From assembly GCA_947475735.1 (NCBI GenBank), contig CANJLQ010000014.1, positions 51,751 to 115,750 on the forward strand: a DNA stretch of 64,000 bases, read 5' to 3'. Each line of letters opens with the position of its first letter. Within the stretch, counting starts at the first letter, position 1. Positions 29,073-38,744 of this stretch are shown piece after piece. Origin of the DNA: Caulobacteraceae bacterium. Lineage in GTDB: Bacteria > Pseudomonadota > Alphaproteobacteria > Caulobacterales > Caulobacteraceae. The notes beneath the pieces are model-generated. The model was given only the letters and a program-made list of their open reading frames with translations, did not search any database and was not told the DNA's origin. Made by a program: the position numbers and the translations under genes.

Positions 29073-29555
29073 ATGCGCATCGGGCTCTACCCCGGCACCT
29101 TCGATCCGGTGACGAACGGCCATATGGACATCATCGGCCGGGCGGTGAAGCTGGTCGATCGGCTGGTCATCGGCGTGGCCCAGAACGACGACAAGGGCCC
29201 GCTGTTCACCACGGCGGAGCGCGTCGAGATGGTCCGGGCCGAGGTCGCGGTGCTGGGGGCCGACATCGAGGTCCTGCCGTTCTCGACCCTGCTGATGCAT
29301 TTCGCCGAGCATCTGAACGCCAATGTCATCGTGCGCGGCCTGCGCGCCGTCGCGGACTTCGAATACGAGTTCCAAATGACGGCGATGAACCAGCGCCTCA
29401 ATGACGACATCGAGACCGTCTTTCTGATGGCCGACCCGCGCCATCAGGCGATCGCCTCGCGGCTGGTCAAGGAGATCGCCCGCTTGAACGGCTCCATCGA
29501 CAGTTTCGTCAGCCCCGCCGTCGCCGCCGCCGTGCGCGCCCGCGTCCATTCCTGA
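29073..29555 (+). CDS. coaD: Phosphopantetheine adenylyltransferase
   Basis: MRIGLYPGTFDPVTNGHMDIIGRA and ..VRGLRAVADFEYEFQMA-type motifs. Confidence 0.95.
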   Translation: MRIGLYPGTFDPVTNGHMDIIGRAVKLVDRLVIGVAQNDDKGPLFTTAERVEMVRAEVAVLGADIEVLPFSTLLMHFAEHLNANVIVRGLRAVADFEYEFQMTAMNQRLNDDIETVFLMADPRHQAIASRLVKEIARLNGSIDSFVSPAVAAAVRARVHS

Positions 29556-29570
29556 TATCGGATACCCGCC

Positions 29571-30431
29571 TTGAAGCCTGTTCTCGTCGCTCTCCTCGCC
29601 GCCCTGACCGTCTCGCCCGCGACATCGTTCGCCCAGACAGCGGCCCCTGCCGCCGGCGACTGGCGCACGGTCGCGCCCGAGAACCTGCTGGTCATCGACA
29701 GTTCCAAGGGTCGCATCCTGGTCGAACTGGAGCCCCGGGCGGCCCCGCGCCACGCCGAGCGCATCCGCACCCTGGCGGATCAGGGCTTCTACGACGGCCA
29801 CAAGTTTCACCGCGTCCTGACCGGCTTCATGGCCCAGACGGGCGATCCGCTGGGCACGGGACAGGGTGGGTCCGAGCTGCCGGACCTCGCCGCCGAGTTC
29901 ACCTTCCGGCGCGGCCGCGACGCCGGCTTCGCGGCCATCGAGGGCGGAATGCCCAATGCGGTGTCCGGCCTGGTGGGCTCGCTCCCGGTCCAGACCCAGC
30001 CGGACGCCCAGATGATGGTCACCGCCGATTTCCGCACCGACGCATCGGGCCTGTTCTGCACCGGCGTGCTCGGCATGGCGCGCGCGGGCGACCCGAACAG
30101 CGCCAACAGCCAGTTCTTCCTCATGATGGGCGACAACGCGGTGCTTAACGGCAACTACACCGCCTTCGGCCGCATTCTGGAGGGCCTCGAGGTCGTTCGG
30201 TCACTCAAGGCCGGACCCGAGGCCGAGGACGGCCGTGTTCTCGACAGCCCCGACACCATGACCCGCGTCCGCACCGCCGCCGCCCTGCCGGAAGCTGAAC
30301 GCCCCGTGGTCCGCGTGCTGGACGCCCGATCCGCGACCTATCAGGCCCGGATCGCCGAGCTCCGCACCTCGCGCGGCCGGCAGTTCAGCGTCTGCGATGC
30401 CCAGCCGGTCGTGGAGGTCACCGGAGCATGA
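29571..30431 (+). CDS. Secreted cyclophilin-type peptidyl-prolyl isomerase with C-terminal extension (copy 1)
   Basis: Signal peptide; FYDGHKFHRVLTGFMAQTGDP, NSANSQFFLM. Confidence 0.88.
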   Translation: MKPVLVALLAALTVSPATSFAQTAAPAAGDWRTVAPENLLVIDSSKGRILVELEPRAAPRHAERIRTLADQGFYDGHKFHRVLTGFMAQTGDPLGTGQGGSELPDLAAEFTFRRGRDAGFAAIEGGMPNAVSGLVGSLPVQTQPDAQMMVTADFRTDASGLFCTGVLGMARAGDPNSANSQFFLMMGDNAVLNGNYTAFGRILEGLEVVRSLKAGPEAEDGRVLDSPDTMTRVRTAAALPEAERPVVRVLDARSATYQARIAELRTSRGRQFSVCDAQPVVEVTGA

Positions 30432-31327
30432 GCCGGATGCGCGTCCTCGCCGCCGCCGCCGCCGCCGTCGCCGCCCTGATCGCCGGGCCGGGCCTGGCTC
30501 AGGAGTCAGCGGCCGCGCCCCTGCCTCAGGTCGCCGCCTCCGACTGGCGCACGGTGCCCGCCGACGCTCTTCTGGTCATCGACACCAATCGCGGCCGCAT
30601 CCTGGTCGAGATGGCTCCCGAAGCCGCGCCCCTGCATGTCGAGCGGATGCGGGTCTTGGCCCGCCGGGCCTTCTTCGACGGCATCGTCTTTCACCGGGTC
30701 ATCGACTTGTTCATGGCCCAGACCGGCGACCCCCTGGGCAACGGCGAGGGCCAGAGCCCCTATCCCGACCTGGTCGGCGAGTTCACCTTCCGCCGGGGCC
30801 CCGCGACGCCCTTCACCCCGGTCGCCGAGCCCGCCGGCTCCATGCTGGGCTTCCTCAACAGCCTGCCGATCCAGACCCAGCCCACCGGCCTGATGCCGAC
30901 CACCGCCGACGGAAAGGTCCACGGCTGGGGCGTCTACTGCCCTGGCGTCGCCGGCATGGCGCGCGACGAGGCGCCCAACAGCGCCAACAGCCAGTTCTTC
31001 CTGATGCGCCAACCCTATCCGGCGCTGGACAAGCGCTACACGGTCTGGGGCCGCGTGGTCTCCGGGCTGGACGTCGTGCGCGCCATCAAGACGGGCGACG
31101 CGGCCAACAACGGCATGGTGCCCTCCGACCCCGACATCATGACCCGCGTCCGCGTCGCCACCGACCTGCCCGAGGACGAGCGCCCGGTGGTTCAGGTTCT
31201 GGACACGGCCTCCGGGACCTTCCGGACCCTGGCGGACACGGCGCGTTCCGCGCGCGGCGCGGATTTCTCGATCTGCGACATCGACCTGCCGGTTCAGGTT
31301 TCGGGACCACCCGCTCCGACCGCCTGA
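30428..31327 (+). CDS. Secreted cyclophilin-type peptidyl-prolyl isomerase with C-terminal extension (copy 2)
   Basis: ATGA overlap with copy 1. FFDGIVFHRVIDLFMAQTGDP, NSANSQFFLM. Collinear with copy 1 along the whole length. Confidence 0.88.
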   Translation: MSRMRVLAAAAAAVAALIAGPGLAQESAAAPLPQVAASDWRTVPADALLVIDTNRGRILVEMAPEAAPLHVERMRVLARRAFFDGIVFHRVIDLFMAQTGDPLGNGEGQSPYPDLVGEFTFRRGPATPFTPVAEPAGSMLGFLNSLPIQTQPTGLMPTTADGKVHGWGVYCPGVAGMARDEAPNSANSQFFLMRQPYPALDKRYTVWGRVVSGLDVVRAIKTGDAANNGMVPSDPDIMTRVRVATDLPEDERPVVQVLDTASGTFRTLADTARSARGADFSICDIDLPVQVSGPPAPTA

Positions 31328-32415
31328 GGCCGCCCACGCCCGCGGCCTCGCCTCCGCCTCGCGGGCGCTTTTGCCGCGCGCATCTGTTCCAGCAGCAGCC
31401 CCTCGCGCAGGCCTCGGTCGGCGACCCGCACCCGTTCGCTGGGCCAGGCCCGCTGAACGGCCTCCAGGATCGCGGCCCCGGCCAGCACCAGGTCGGCGCG
31501 GTCCGGCCCGATGCAGGCCTCGCTCGATCGCCCCTTGGGCCCGAGCGCCTTCAGCCGCGCCGCCGCGGCCTCGCACTCCGCCCGCGTCATCCACAGCCCA
31601 TCGACGCGGTCGCGCTGGTACCGTTTCAGGTTCAGATGCACACCCGCCAGTGACGTGATCGCGCCCGAGGTCCCGACCAGATGGCCGCGCCCCTCGGCGA
31701 ACAGCCGTCGGAACTCCGCGTCCTCGAACCCGCCCGCCGCCAGGGCCGCGCCCATGTCGGCGACCATGGCCTCGAACCACGCATCGCCGGCGCCCTCCGG
31801 TTCAGGATGACGTTCCGCCAGGGTGACCACGCCCAGCGGGGCGGACATCCAGCCGATCGTCTTCATCTCGCCGTCCAACCGCCTAAGCCACGACAGTTCG
31901 GTCGATCCTCCGCCGACATCGATGACCAGCACAGCCTCCGCCTTGGGGTCGATCAGGTTCAGGCAGCCCTCGACCGAGAGCCGCGCCTCCTCGATCGGGT
32001 CGATGATCCGCAGCCGCAGACCGGTGCCCAGCCGCACCCGTTCGATGAACGCGGTCCCATTCTCGGCCTGACGACAGGCTTGGGTCGCGACGGCGCTCAG
32101 CCGCGCTGAATCGACCCCGCGTCGCACCACCCGCTCGGCACAAAGGGCCAGCGCTTCATAGGCCCGGTTCATAGCTGTGTCGTCCAGCCGCCCGGTGCGC
32201 GACAGGCCCTCGCCCAGCCTGACGATCCGGCTGAAGCTGTCGACCACGCGGAACCCGTCGCGCGTCGGGCGCGCGATCAGCAGGCGGCAGTTATTGGTCC
32301 CCAGATCGAGCGCGCCGTAGGCGGGACCGTCGCGCCCTGGCGCGGCTCCGCTTTGGTTGCGCTGACCCCGGGACCGCGCGTCGCGCCTCGCGGGCGCGCC
32401 GTCGGGTTCCGGCAT
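31294..32415 (-). CDS. Ppx/GppA-family phosphatase
   Basis: YGALDLGTNNCRLLIA, IDVGGGSTELSW. Start at ATG 32415 (MPEPDG). Confidence 0.85.
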   Translation of the reverse strand: MPEPDGAPARRDARSRGQRNQSGAAPGRDGPAYGALDLGTNNCRLLIARPTRDGFRVVDSFSRIVRLGEGLSRTGRLDDTAMNRAYEALALCAERVVRRGVDSARLSAVATQACRQAENGTAFIERVRLGTGLRLRIIDPIEEARLSVEGCLNLIDPKAEAVLVIDVGGGSTELSWLRRLDGEMKTIGWMSAPLGVVTLAERHPEPEGAGDAWFEAMVADMGAALAAGGFEDAEFRRLFAEGRGHLVGTSGAITSLAGVHLNLKRYQRDRVDGLWMTRAECEAAAARLKALGPKGRSSEACIGPDRADLVLAGAAILEAVQRAWPSERVRVADRGLREGLLLEQMRAAKAPARRRRGRGRGRPQAVGAGGPET

Positions 32416-32562
32416 GGGCCGAACTTTCGTTTGGGCGCAACCGAGACGGGCGCCCGTCCCCATGACCCTAGACCCGCCCGGCCGCCCCCGCCAAGCCCAC
32501 CTGTCAGGAAGATGAACGGACCATACGGCCAAGGCTCACAAGCCAGGCCTTATCCACGTCTC

Positions 32563-32877
32563 ATGACCCAGTCCCGCAATGCCAAATTCGCCCTCGGCCA
32601 GATCGTTCGTCACCGCAACGCCGAGTTCCACGGCGTCGTCGTCGATGTCGACCTCGCCTACGCCGGCCCCGCCGATGCGCCGGGCCCGGACCGGCGCGAC
32701 CAGCCTTTCTATCGCGTGCTGGCGATCGGCGTGGACGCGGGGTTCCTGATCTATGCCGCCGAGACCGTTCTGGAACACGATCCCAACGTCTCGCCCCTGT
32801 CCGCGTCCGACCACGCCGCCTGGTTCAACGTCGATGCTCTGGGCCGACTGGCCCCTCGAAGCCAGCCCATGCATTGA
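32563..32877 (+). CDS. hspQ: Heat-shock protein HspQ / hemimethylated-DNA-binding YccV-like protein
   Basis: MTQSRNAKFALGQIVRHRNAEFHGVVVDVD...PFYRVLA...YAAE..LE. Confidence 0.8.
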   Translation: MTQSRNAKFALGQIVRHRNAEFHGVVVDVDLAYAGPADAPGPDRRDQPFYRVLAIGVDAGFLIYAAETVLEHDPNVSPLSASDHAAWFNVDALGRLAPRSQPMH

Positions 32878-32935
32878 TCCCCGTGGATTGAGCAAGCCGA
32901 CCGGCGCGCGTAGACAGTCGGCAAGGGAGTTCGCC

Positions 32936-33811
32936 ATGGCCGATTTCGAACACGTCTTCACCGAGCCGCCGGAAGGGGCCGCCGCCGACTGGACCATTTC
33001 CCAGAACTGGCGCGCCTATACCGAGGTCGAGCATCGCACCTGGGACACCCTGTACGCCCGCCAGATGGAGATCCTGCCCGGCCGCGCATCGGAGGCTTTC
33101 CTGAAAGGGCTCGGCGCGCTGGATCTGAACACCGGCGGCATCCCCGACTTCGCCCTGATGAACCCCAAGCTGAAAGCCCTGACCGGCTGGACCGTGGTTT
33201 GCGTGCCCGGACTCGTTCCCGACGAGGTGTTTTTCGACCATCTGGCGAACCGACGCTTCCCGTCGGGCCAGTTCATTCGCAAGCCCGACCAGCTGGACTA
33301 TCTGCAAGAACCCGACATCTTCCACGATGTGTTCGGTCACGTCCCCATGCTGACCGATCCGACCTTCGCCGACTATATGCAGGCCTACGGCAAGGGCGGG
33401 CAGCGGGCGCAGTCGCTGGGCATGCTGAAGAACCTGGCGCGTCTGTACTGGTACACCGTCGAGTTCGGCCTGATGCAGGACCCGGACGGCCTGCGCATCT
33501 ATGGGGCTGGCATCGTGTCTTCGGCCACCGAGACGGTGTTCGCCGTCGAGGATCCGTCGCCCAACCGCATAGCCTTCGATCTGGAGCGGATCATGCGGAC
33601 CGACTATCGGATCGACGATTTCCAACAGGTCTATTTTGTCATCCCCTCTATCGAGGCCCTCAACGATGCGACCTATGAGGACTTCGGCCCGATCTACGAA
33701 CGGCTGAAGGGCAAGTCGACGATCGCGGTCGATGCCATCGAACCCTACGACCGCGTGCTGACGCGCGGCACCCAGTGCTATGCCCAGAAGGGCGGGAGAT
33801 TCGCGGCATGA
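32936..33811 (+). CDS. phhA: Phenylalanine 4-monooxygenase
   Basis: Biopterin-dependent aromatic amino-acid hydroxylase motifs: EPDIFHDVFGHVPML, YWYTVEFGL, YGAGI.SS..E. Confidence 0.92.
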   Translation: MADFEHVFTEPPEGAAADWTISQNWRAYTEVEHRTWDTLYARQMEILPGRASEAFLKGLGALDLNTGGIPDFALMNPKLKALTGWTVVCVPGLVPDEVFFDHLANRRFPSGQFIRKPDQLDYLQEPDIFHDVFGHVPMLTDPTFADYMQAYGKGGQRAQSLGMLKNLARLYWYTVEFGLMQDPDGLRIYGAGIVSSATETVFAVEDPSPNRIAFDLERIMRTDYRIDDFQQVYFVIPSIEALNDATYEDFGPIYERLKGKSTIAVDAIEPYDRVLTRGTQCYAQKGGRFAA

Positions 33812-34149
33812 TGCGTATGACCAGGATCCTCCTTCTCGTTGGCCTGATCGCGGCGACGACCGCCTGCACAGATGCGAAACGGGCCCGGAACGCGGCCACG
33901 TTCGGGGACCGGCCGGCGGACATCACCTGTTGGACCTATGGCACCGAGACCTTCTCGGGCCGATCGACGGGCAAGGTTGAATACAACGACGGCGGGCGTA
34001 TCGCTTTCGTCGATGCCGCCAACGGCCGCTACACGACCATCGATGGCGAATGCCGCGTCGTCTATCGGACCGAAGGCGAACCGGAAGCGGCCCTGCCAGG
34101 GGATCCGGATGGCCCGATCCAGCCGCCGCCCGCGGTGCCTGAAGCCTAA
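33808..34149 (+). CDS. Small putative lipoprotein, unknown function
   Basis: MMRMTRILLLVGLIAATTAC lipobox-like signal. ATGA overlap with the phhA stop. Confidence 0.5.
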   Translation: MMRMTRILLLVGLIAATTACTDAKRARNAATFGDRPADITCWTYGTETFSGRSTGKVEYNDGGRIAFVDAANGRYTTIDGECRVVYRTEGEPEAALPGDPDGPIQPPPAVPEA

Positions 34150-35429
34150 TCCTCCCGGATGAGGCTCTTTTCCTTGGTATCGCGCATGGTCACATAGGTG
34201 ATCAGCGAGATGCCAATCATGGCCGTGACGTACCAGAAGTACAGGCTCTCGCGCCCGTCCAACTTGAACCACAGGGCGACGTATTCCGCCGTGCCACCAA
34301 ACAGGGCATTGGCGATCGCATAGGGCAGGGCGACGCCCAGCGCCCGGATGTGCGCCGGAAACAGCTCAGCCTTCACCACCGCGTTGATGGCGGTGTAGCC
34401 GGACACGATCACCAGGGCCGACAGGGCCAGCAGGAAGGCCGTGAAGGGCTGATCGGTCACCGCCAGGCTGGACATGATCGGCACGGTGCAGAAGACGCCC
34501 AGGATCCCGAAACAGATCATCACGGGCTTGCGTCCCACGTGGTCCGAAAGGGCCCCCACTGCCGGCTGCATCAGCATGAAGATCAGCAGGGCCGCCGCGC
34601 TGATTTCGGTGGCCTGGGCCTTGGTGAAGCCCGAGGTGTTGACCAGGAATTTCTGCAGATAGGTCGTGTAGGTATAGAAGGCCAGCGTGCCCCCGGCGGT
34701 CAGGCCGATGACCATCAACGCCTCCTTCGGGTGGCGCAGGATCAGCTCCAGCGCGCTGGACTTAGGGCCCTCGCGCGTCTCGAAGGCGCGGGTTTCGTCC
34801 AGGCCCCGCCGCAGCCAGAAGACCACGACGGCCAGACCGGCTCCCACGAAGAAGGGAACGCGCCAGGCCCATGCCAACAGCGCCTCCTCTCCCAGCGTTC
34901 GCTGCAGAACGATCAGCAGGGCGAGAGCCAGCAGCTGGCCGGAGATCAGGGTGACGTACTGAAAGCTGGACCAGAAGCCGCGATGCTTGGCCGTCGCCAT
35001 CTCCGACAGATAGGTGGCGCTGGAGCCGTATTCGCCGCCGACGCTGAGGCCCTGCATCATGCGCGCGAGCAGCAGGAGCGCGGGGGCGGCCACGCCAATC
35101 GTCGCGTAGCCCGGGGTTAGGGCGATGATCAGCGACCCGGCGCACATCAGGCTGACCGACAGGGTCAGGCCGGCCTTGCGTCCCCTGCGGTCGGAGTAGA
35201 CGCCCATGACCCACGCCCCGACCGGGCGCATCAGGAAGCCGACGGCGAAGATGGCGGCGACCGACAGCAGCTGGGCTGTCGACGACCCCTCGGGAAAGAA
35301 GACCGGCGCGAAATAGACGGTGAAGGCCGCATAGGCGAACCAGTCGAACCACTCGACCAGATTGCCCGCGGAGCCTCCGACGATGTTCTTCAGGCGGCGG
35401 GCGGGGGTCATGGCGACGGCGTCTGTCAT
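34146..35429 (-). CDS. MFS metabolite:H+ symporter (KgtP/ProP-like)
   Basis: GNLVEWFDWFAYA, D..GRK motif (SDRRGRKAG), 12 TM. Confidence 0.85.
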   Translation of the reverse strand: MTDAVAMTPARRLKNIVGGSAGNLVEWFDWFAYAAFTVYFAPVFFPEGSSTAQLLSVAAIFAVGFLMRPVGAWVMGVYSDRRGRKAGLTLSVSLMCAGSLIIALTPGYATIGVAAPALLLLARMMQGLSVGGEYGSSATYLSEMATAKHRGFWSSFQYVTLISGQLLALALLIVLQRTLGEEALLAWAWRVPFFVGAGLAVVVFWLRRGLDETRAFETREGPKSSALELILRHPKEALMVIGLTAGGTLAFYTYTTYLQKFLVNTSGFTKAQATEISAAALLIFMLMQPAVGALSDHVGRKPVMICFGILGVFCTVPIMSSLAVTDQPFTAFLLALSALVIVSGYTAINAVVKAELFPAHIRALGVALPYAIANALFGGTAEYVALWFKLDGRESLYFWYVTAMIGISLITYVTMRDTKEKSLIRED

Positions 35430-35494
35430 GCCCCTTGGCTATCAGGCGATCAGCGACTTGCCCATCCGCGCGACCGCCATCCGGTAGGCCAGGC

Positions 35495-35929
35495 TCATCG
35501 CGCCGAAAGTCCGGGCCAGGCGATCCAGGTCCCGACCGCATAGGCGACGCCGTAGACCAGGACGATCAGCGAGCTCCACAGCACGAAGGGCATCACGCCG
35601 CCGGGATTGACGATGAAGGCCGGGATCAGGACGAGGCCCCGCAGGAGATAGATCGCCGAGATCAGCACCAGCGCCGTCCGCATCAGAGGCAGGCGTGGGA
35701 TCAGGCCCGCGCCCGCGAAGGCATAGGCCGACCAGACCGCCAGGACGCCGGCGATGCCGATGGTGACCACGGTTGGATAGATCGAGCCCCGCTCGGCCAT
35801 GCGTGCCATGCCTTCGCCGGCTCCGAAGAAGCGGTACCAGGACGGGCCGCCGACGATCACCGCGAGATGCAGCAGGGACGCGAGGGCGCTGAGCACGCCG
35901 CCGACGATCAGGAACGGGTTCTGCGGCAT
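35495..35929 (-). CDS. Integral membrane protein, unknown function
   Basis: 144 aa with four hydrophobic helices and no recognisable motif. Confidence 0.5.
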   Translation of the reverse strand: MPQNPFLIVGGVLSALASLLHLAVIVGGPSWYRFFGAGEGMARMAERGSIYPTVVTIGIAGVLAVWSAYAFAGAGLIPRLPLMRTALVLISAIYLLRGLVLIPAFIVNPGGVMPFVLWSSLIVLVYGVAYAVGTWIAWPGLSAR

Positions 35930-35942
35930 CGGCGGCGTCCGG

Positions 35943-37277
35943 TCAGGTCCGCTGGAAAGGATAGAAGCCTGACCCGAGATTCAGGAGTGCGGTCAAGTCA
36001 TCCAGTGCCGCCCGGCTCTCGTCGATCATGCCCGGGTCGGCGAGGTCGGCGGGGGTCAGGCGGTCGCGGTAGTGGCGCTCGGCCCAGGCGGACAGGCGGG
36101 CGTGGAGGTCGTCCGTCAGGCGCATGGCGGGGTTGGTCGCGGCCAGCTCGGCCTCGGTCAGGACGACGCGCAGGCGCAGGCAGGCGGGGCCGCCGCCGTT
36201 CCGCATCGACTGGCGCACGTCGACGTACTCGACCCGGCCGATGGGGCCGTTGGAAGCGACCAGGCTCTGCGCGACAGCGTGGCTGCGCGGGTTGTCTCGT
36301 GTCTCGGTCGGGCAGATCAGGGTCAGGCGGTCCTCGCCCGGCAGACTGACCAGCATGGAGTTGAACAGATAGCTGGAGATGGCGTCGGCCAGCGGCAGGT
36401 CGGCGGAGGAGACCTCGACGAAGATCGGGTCGAAGCCTTGCGCGGCCTCGCGGATGGCGGCGTGGGTGGCGGCCGTATCCTCGAAGGCGAGGTCATGGTG
36501 GAACAGGGTGTCCAGCGCGCCGACGCAGACCACGTCATTGTGGAAGGTGCCGCCGGCGATGGCGGCGCGGGATTGCTGGGCCAGGACCGCGCCCGATGCG
36601 CCGTGGCGGCGGGCGACGGCCTCGCTGGCCTGGCGCGTCTGGCGGGCGGGGAAGGGGCCGTCCCAGGCCTCGAAGGCATCGCGGCCCCAGACCAGCAGGT
36701 TGACGCCAGGCGCACCATGATCCGCGCATAGCCGGACGTGGTTGGCCGCGCCTTCGTCGGCGAGGTGGGCGACCGGCGACAACGCGTCGTGGACGGCGAA
36801 ACGACCGGCGTCCGGAAACAGGGCGTCCAGCGACCGCTGCGTCTGGGCGTGCTCCAGGCTGCGGTGCAGGTTGGTGACGAGGTTGGCGGGCGTGAAGTGG
36901 ACGCGGCCGTCGGCTGAGTCGGCGCTCGGCGTCACGGTCGCGGCGTTGGCAGCCCACATGGGACTGGCCGAGCAGGCGGCGGCGGCGAAGCTGGGGGCGT
37001 CCTTCCAGGCGCGCTCCAGCACGGCGGCGTCCGAGCCGGTGAAGCCGAGCGAGCGCAGGAAGGGGATGTTCGGCCGCTCGTGCGGGGGCAGAACGAACTG
37101 GGGCAGGCCCAGGTCCGACAGCCGCTTCATCTTGTCGAGCCCCTGAAGCACCGCCGCGCGCGGGTTCGACGCCTCGCCCTTGTTCAGGCTCGAGGCCAGG
37201 TTGCCGGGGCTGAGACCGGCGTAGGAATGCGTCGGCCCGATCAGGCCATCGGCGTTGGCTTCCACGGCGGGGGTCAT
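35943..37277 (-). CDS. astB: N-succinylarginine dihydrolase
   Basis: N-terminus EANADGLIGPTHSYAGLSPGNLAS and C-terminal GGGPACLRLRVVL are diagnostic. ATGA overlap with astD. Confidence 0.92.
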   Translation of the reverse strand: MTPAVEANADGLIGPTHSYAGLSPGNLASSLNKGEASNPRAAVLQGLDKMKRLSDLGLPQFVLPPHERPNIPFLRSLGFTGSDAAVLERAWKDAPSFAAAACSASPMWAANAATVTPSADSADGRVHFTPANLVTNLHRSLEHAQTQRSLDALFPDAGRFAVHDALSPVAHLADEGAANHVRLCADHGAPGVNLLVWGRDAFEAWDGPFPARQTRQASEAVARRHGASGAVLAQQSRAAIAGGTFHNDVVCVGALDTLFHHDLAFEDTAATHAAIREAAQGFDPIFVEVSSADLPLADAISSYLFNSMLVSLPGEDRLTLICPTETRDNPRSHAVAQSLVASNGPIGRVEYVDVRQSMRNGGGPACLRLRVVLTEAELAATNPAMRLTDDLHARLSAWAERHYRDRLTPADLADPGMIDESRAALDDLTALLNLGSGFYPFQRT

Positions 37278-38737
37278 CGCAGCCCCTTCATCTCGCCCTC
37301 GATGTTCTTCACCGCTCCCGTCTCGAAGCTTGCGACCGGATAGGCGCAGTAGTCGGCGGCGTAGTAGGCGCTGGGCCGGTGGTTGCCGCTGGCCCCCAGG
37401 CCGCCGAAGGGCATGTCACCTGCGGCCCCGGTGGTCGGGCGGTTGAAGTTCACGACGCCCGCCCGGATGCGGCGGATGAAGCGGTCCCAGTTCGCCGGGT
37501 CGTCGCTGATCAGACCGGCGCTCAGGCCGTAGCGGGTTGCGTTCGCGGCGGCGATCGCGTCCTCGAAAGACGCGACACGCGTCACCGACAGAAAGGGGGC
37601 GAACATCTCCTCATCCGGCACGTCGACGCCGGTCACGTCGAGGATGGCGGGGCGGACGAAGGCTCCGGGCAGGTTGTCGACAGGGCCCGACGCCCGGATC
37701 ACCTTCGCGCCCAGGCCGATCCGTTGCTGCAGCGCGCCCAGCGCCTGTTCCGCCGCGCGCTTGGAGATCAGCGGCCCGCCATAAGGCTCTGGCGTCGAGT
37801 CCCAGGGGGCGAAAATCAACCGATCAACCAGGCTGTTGACGGCCTCGATGATGGCGTCCCCCGCCGCGCCCTCGGGCACGATCAGCCGCCGCGCGCAGCT
37901 GCAGCGCTGGCCGGTGGTGACGAAGGCCGATTGCACCACGATCCCCGCGACGGCCTCGGCATCCGCCGCGTCCCACACCACCAGCGGATTGTTGCCGCCC
38001 AGCTCCAGCGCCAGGATCACATGCGGATCGTCGGCGAACTTCCGGCGGAAATGTGCGCCCGCAGCGCCCGAGCCGGTGAACATCAGGGCGTCGATCGGTT
38101 GATCCAGCAGGGCCGCGCCGACGTCGCGCCCGCCCTGGACCAGGTTGAACACCCCGGTCGGCAGATCGGCCTCTTCCAGGCATTCGGCGATCAGCTGACC
38201 CGCGTGCGGCGTCTCTTCCGACGGCTTGAACACGACCGTGTCACCGGCCAGCAGGGCTGGGACGATGTGGCCGTTCGGAAGGTGTCCGGGGAAGTTGAAC
38301 GGCCCCAACACCGCCGCGACGCCATGCGGCCGGTGACGCAGGGTGGCGTGGCCGAAGGCGGTCTCCGCCGTGCGTTCGCCGGTTCGTTCGTCATAGGCGC
38401 GGATGGAGATATCGACCTTGCCGGCCATGGCGCCCAGTTCGGCGGTGGTCTCCCACAGAGCCTTGCCGGTCTCGCGGCTGATGGCTTCGGCGAAGGCGGG
38501 GGCGCGGGCCTTGAGCGCGGCCTGATAACGCTTCATCGCTGCGATCCGCTCGTCGCGCGATCGGTCGGCCCAGCCGGGGAAGGCGGCGCGGGCGGCGGCG
38601 ACGGCCTCAGCCACCTGAGCGGTCGAGGCTTCGTTGCCGCGCCAGACGGGCGCCTCCGTCGCCGGGTCGAAGGAGGCGAAGCCGTCGCCGCGTCCCCCGG
38701 TCCATCGACCATTGATGTAGAGATGTCCGTCGGTCAT
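37274..38737 (-). CDS. astD: Succinylglutamate-semialdehyde dehydrogenase
   Basis: Aldehyde dehydrogenase motifs (FKPSE.TP, LELGGNNP, QRCSCARR) in the context of astA and astB. Confidence 0.88.
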   Translation of the reverse strand: MTDGHLYINGRWTGGRGDGFASFDPATEAPVWRGNEASTAQVAEAVAAARAAFPGWADRSRDERIAAMKRYQAALKARAPAFAEAISRETGKALWETTAELGAMAGKVDISIRAYDERTGERTAETAFGHATLRHRPHGVAAVLGPFNFPGHLPNGHIVPALLAGDTVVFKPSEETPHAGQLIAECLEEADLPTGVFNLVQGGRDVGAALLDQPIDALMFTGSGAAGAHFRRKFADDPHVILALELGGNNPLVVWDAADAEAVAGIVVQSAFVTTGQRCSCARRLIVPEGAAGDAIIEAVNSLVDRLIFAPWDSTPEPYGGPLISKRAAEQALGALQQRIGLGAKVIRASGPVDNLPGAFVRPAILDVTGVDVPDEEMFAPFLSVTRVASFEDAIAAANATRYGLSAGLISDDPANWDRFIRRIRAGVVNFNRPTTGAAGDMPFGGLGASGNHRPSAYYAADYCAYPVASFETGAVKNIEGEMKGLR

Positions 38738-38744
38738 GCCGTCC

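Noticed and set aside
32520-32562. Possible sigma-32-type promoter (CCTTATCCACG) upstream of hspQ
   Set aside because: I found no CTTG-type -35 element at the appropriate spacing, so the -10-like match alone is not convincing.
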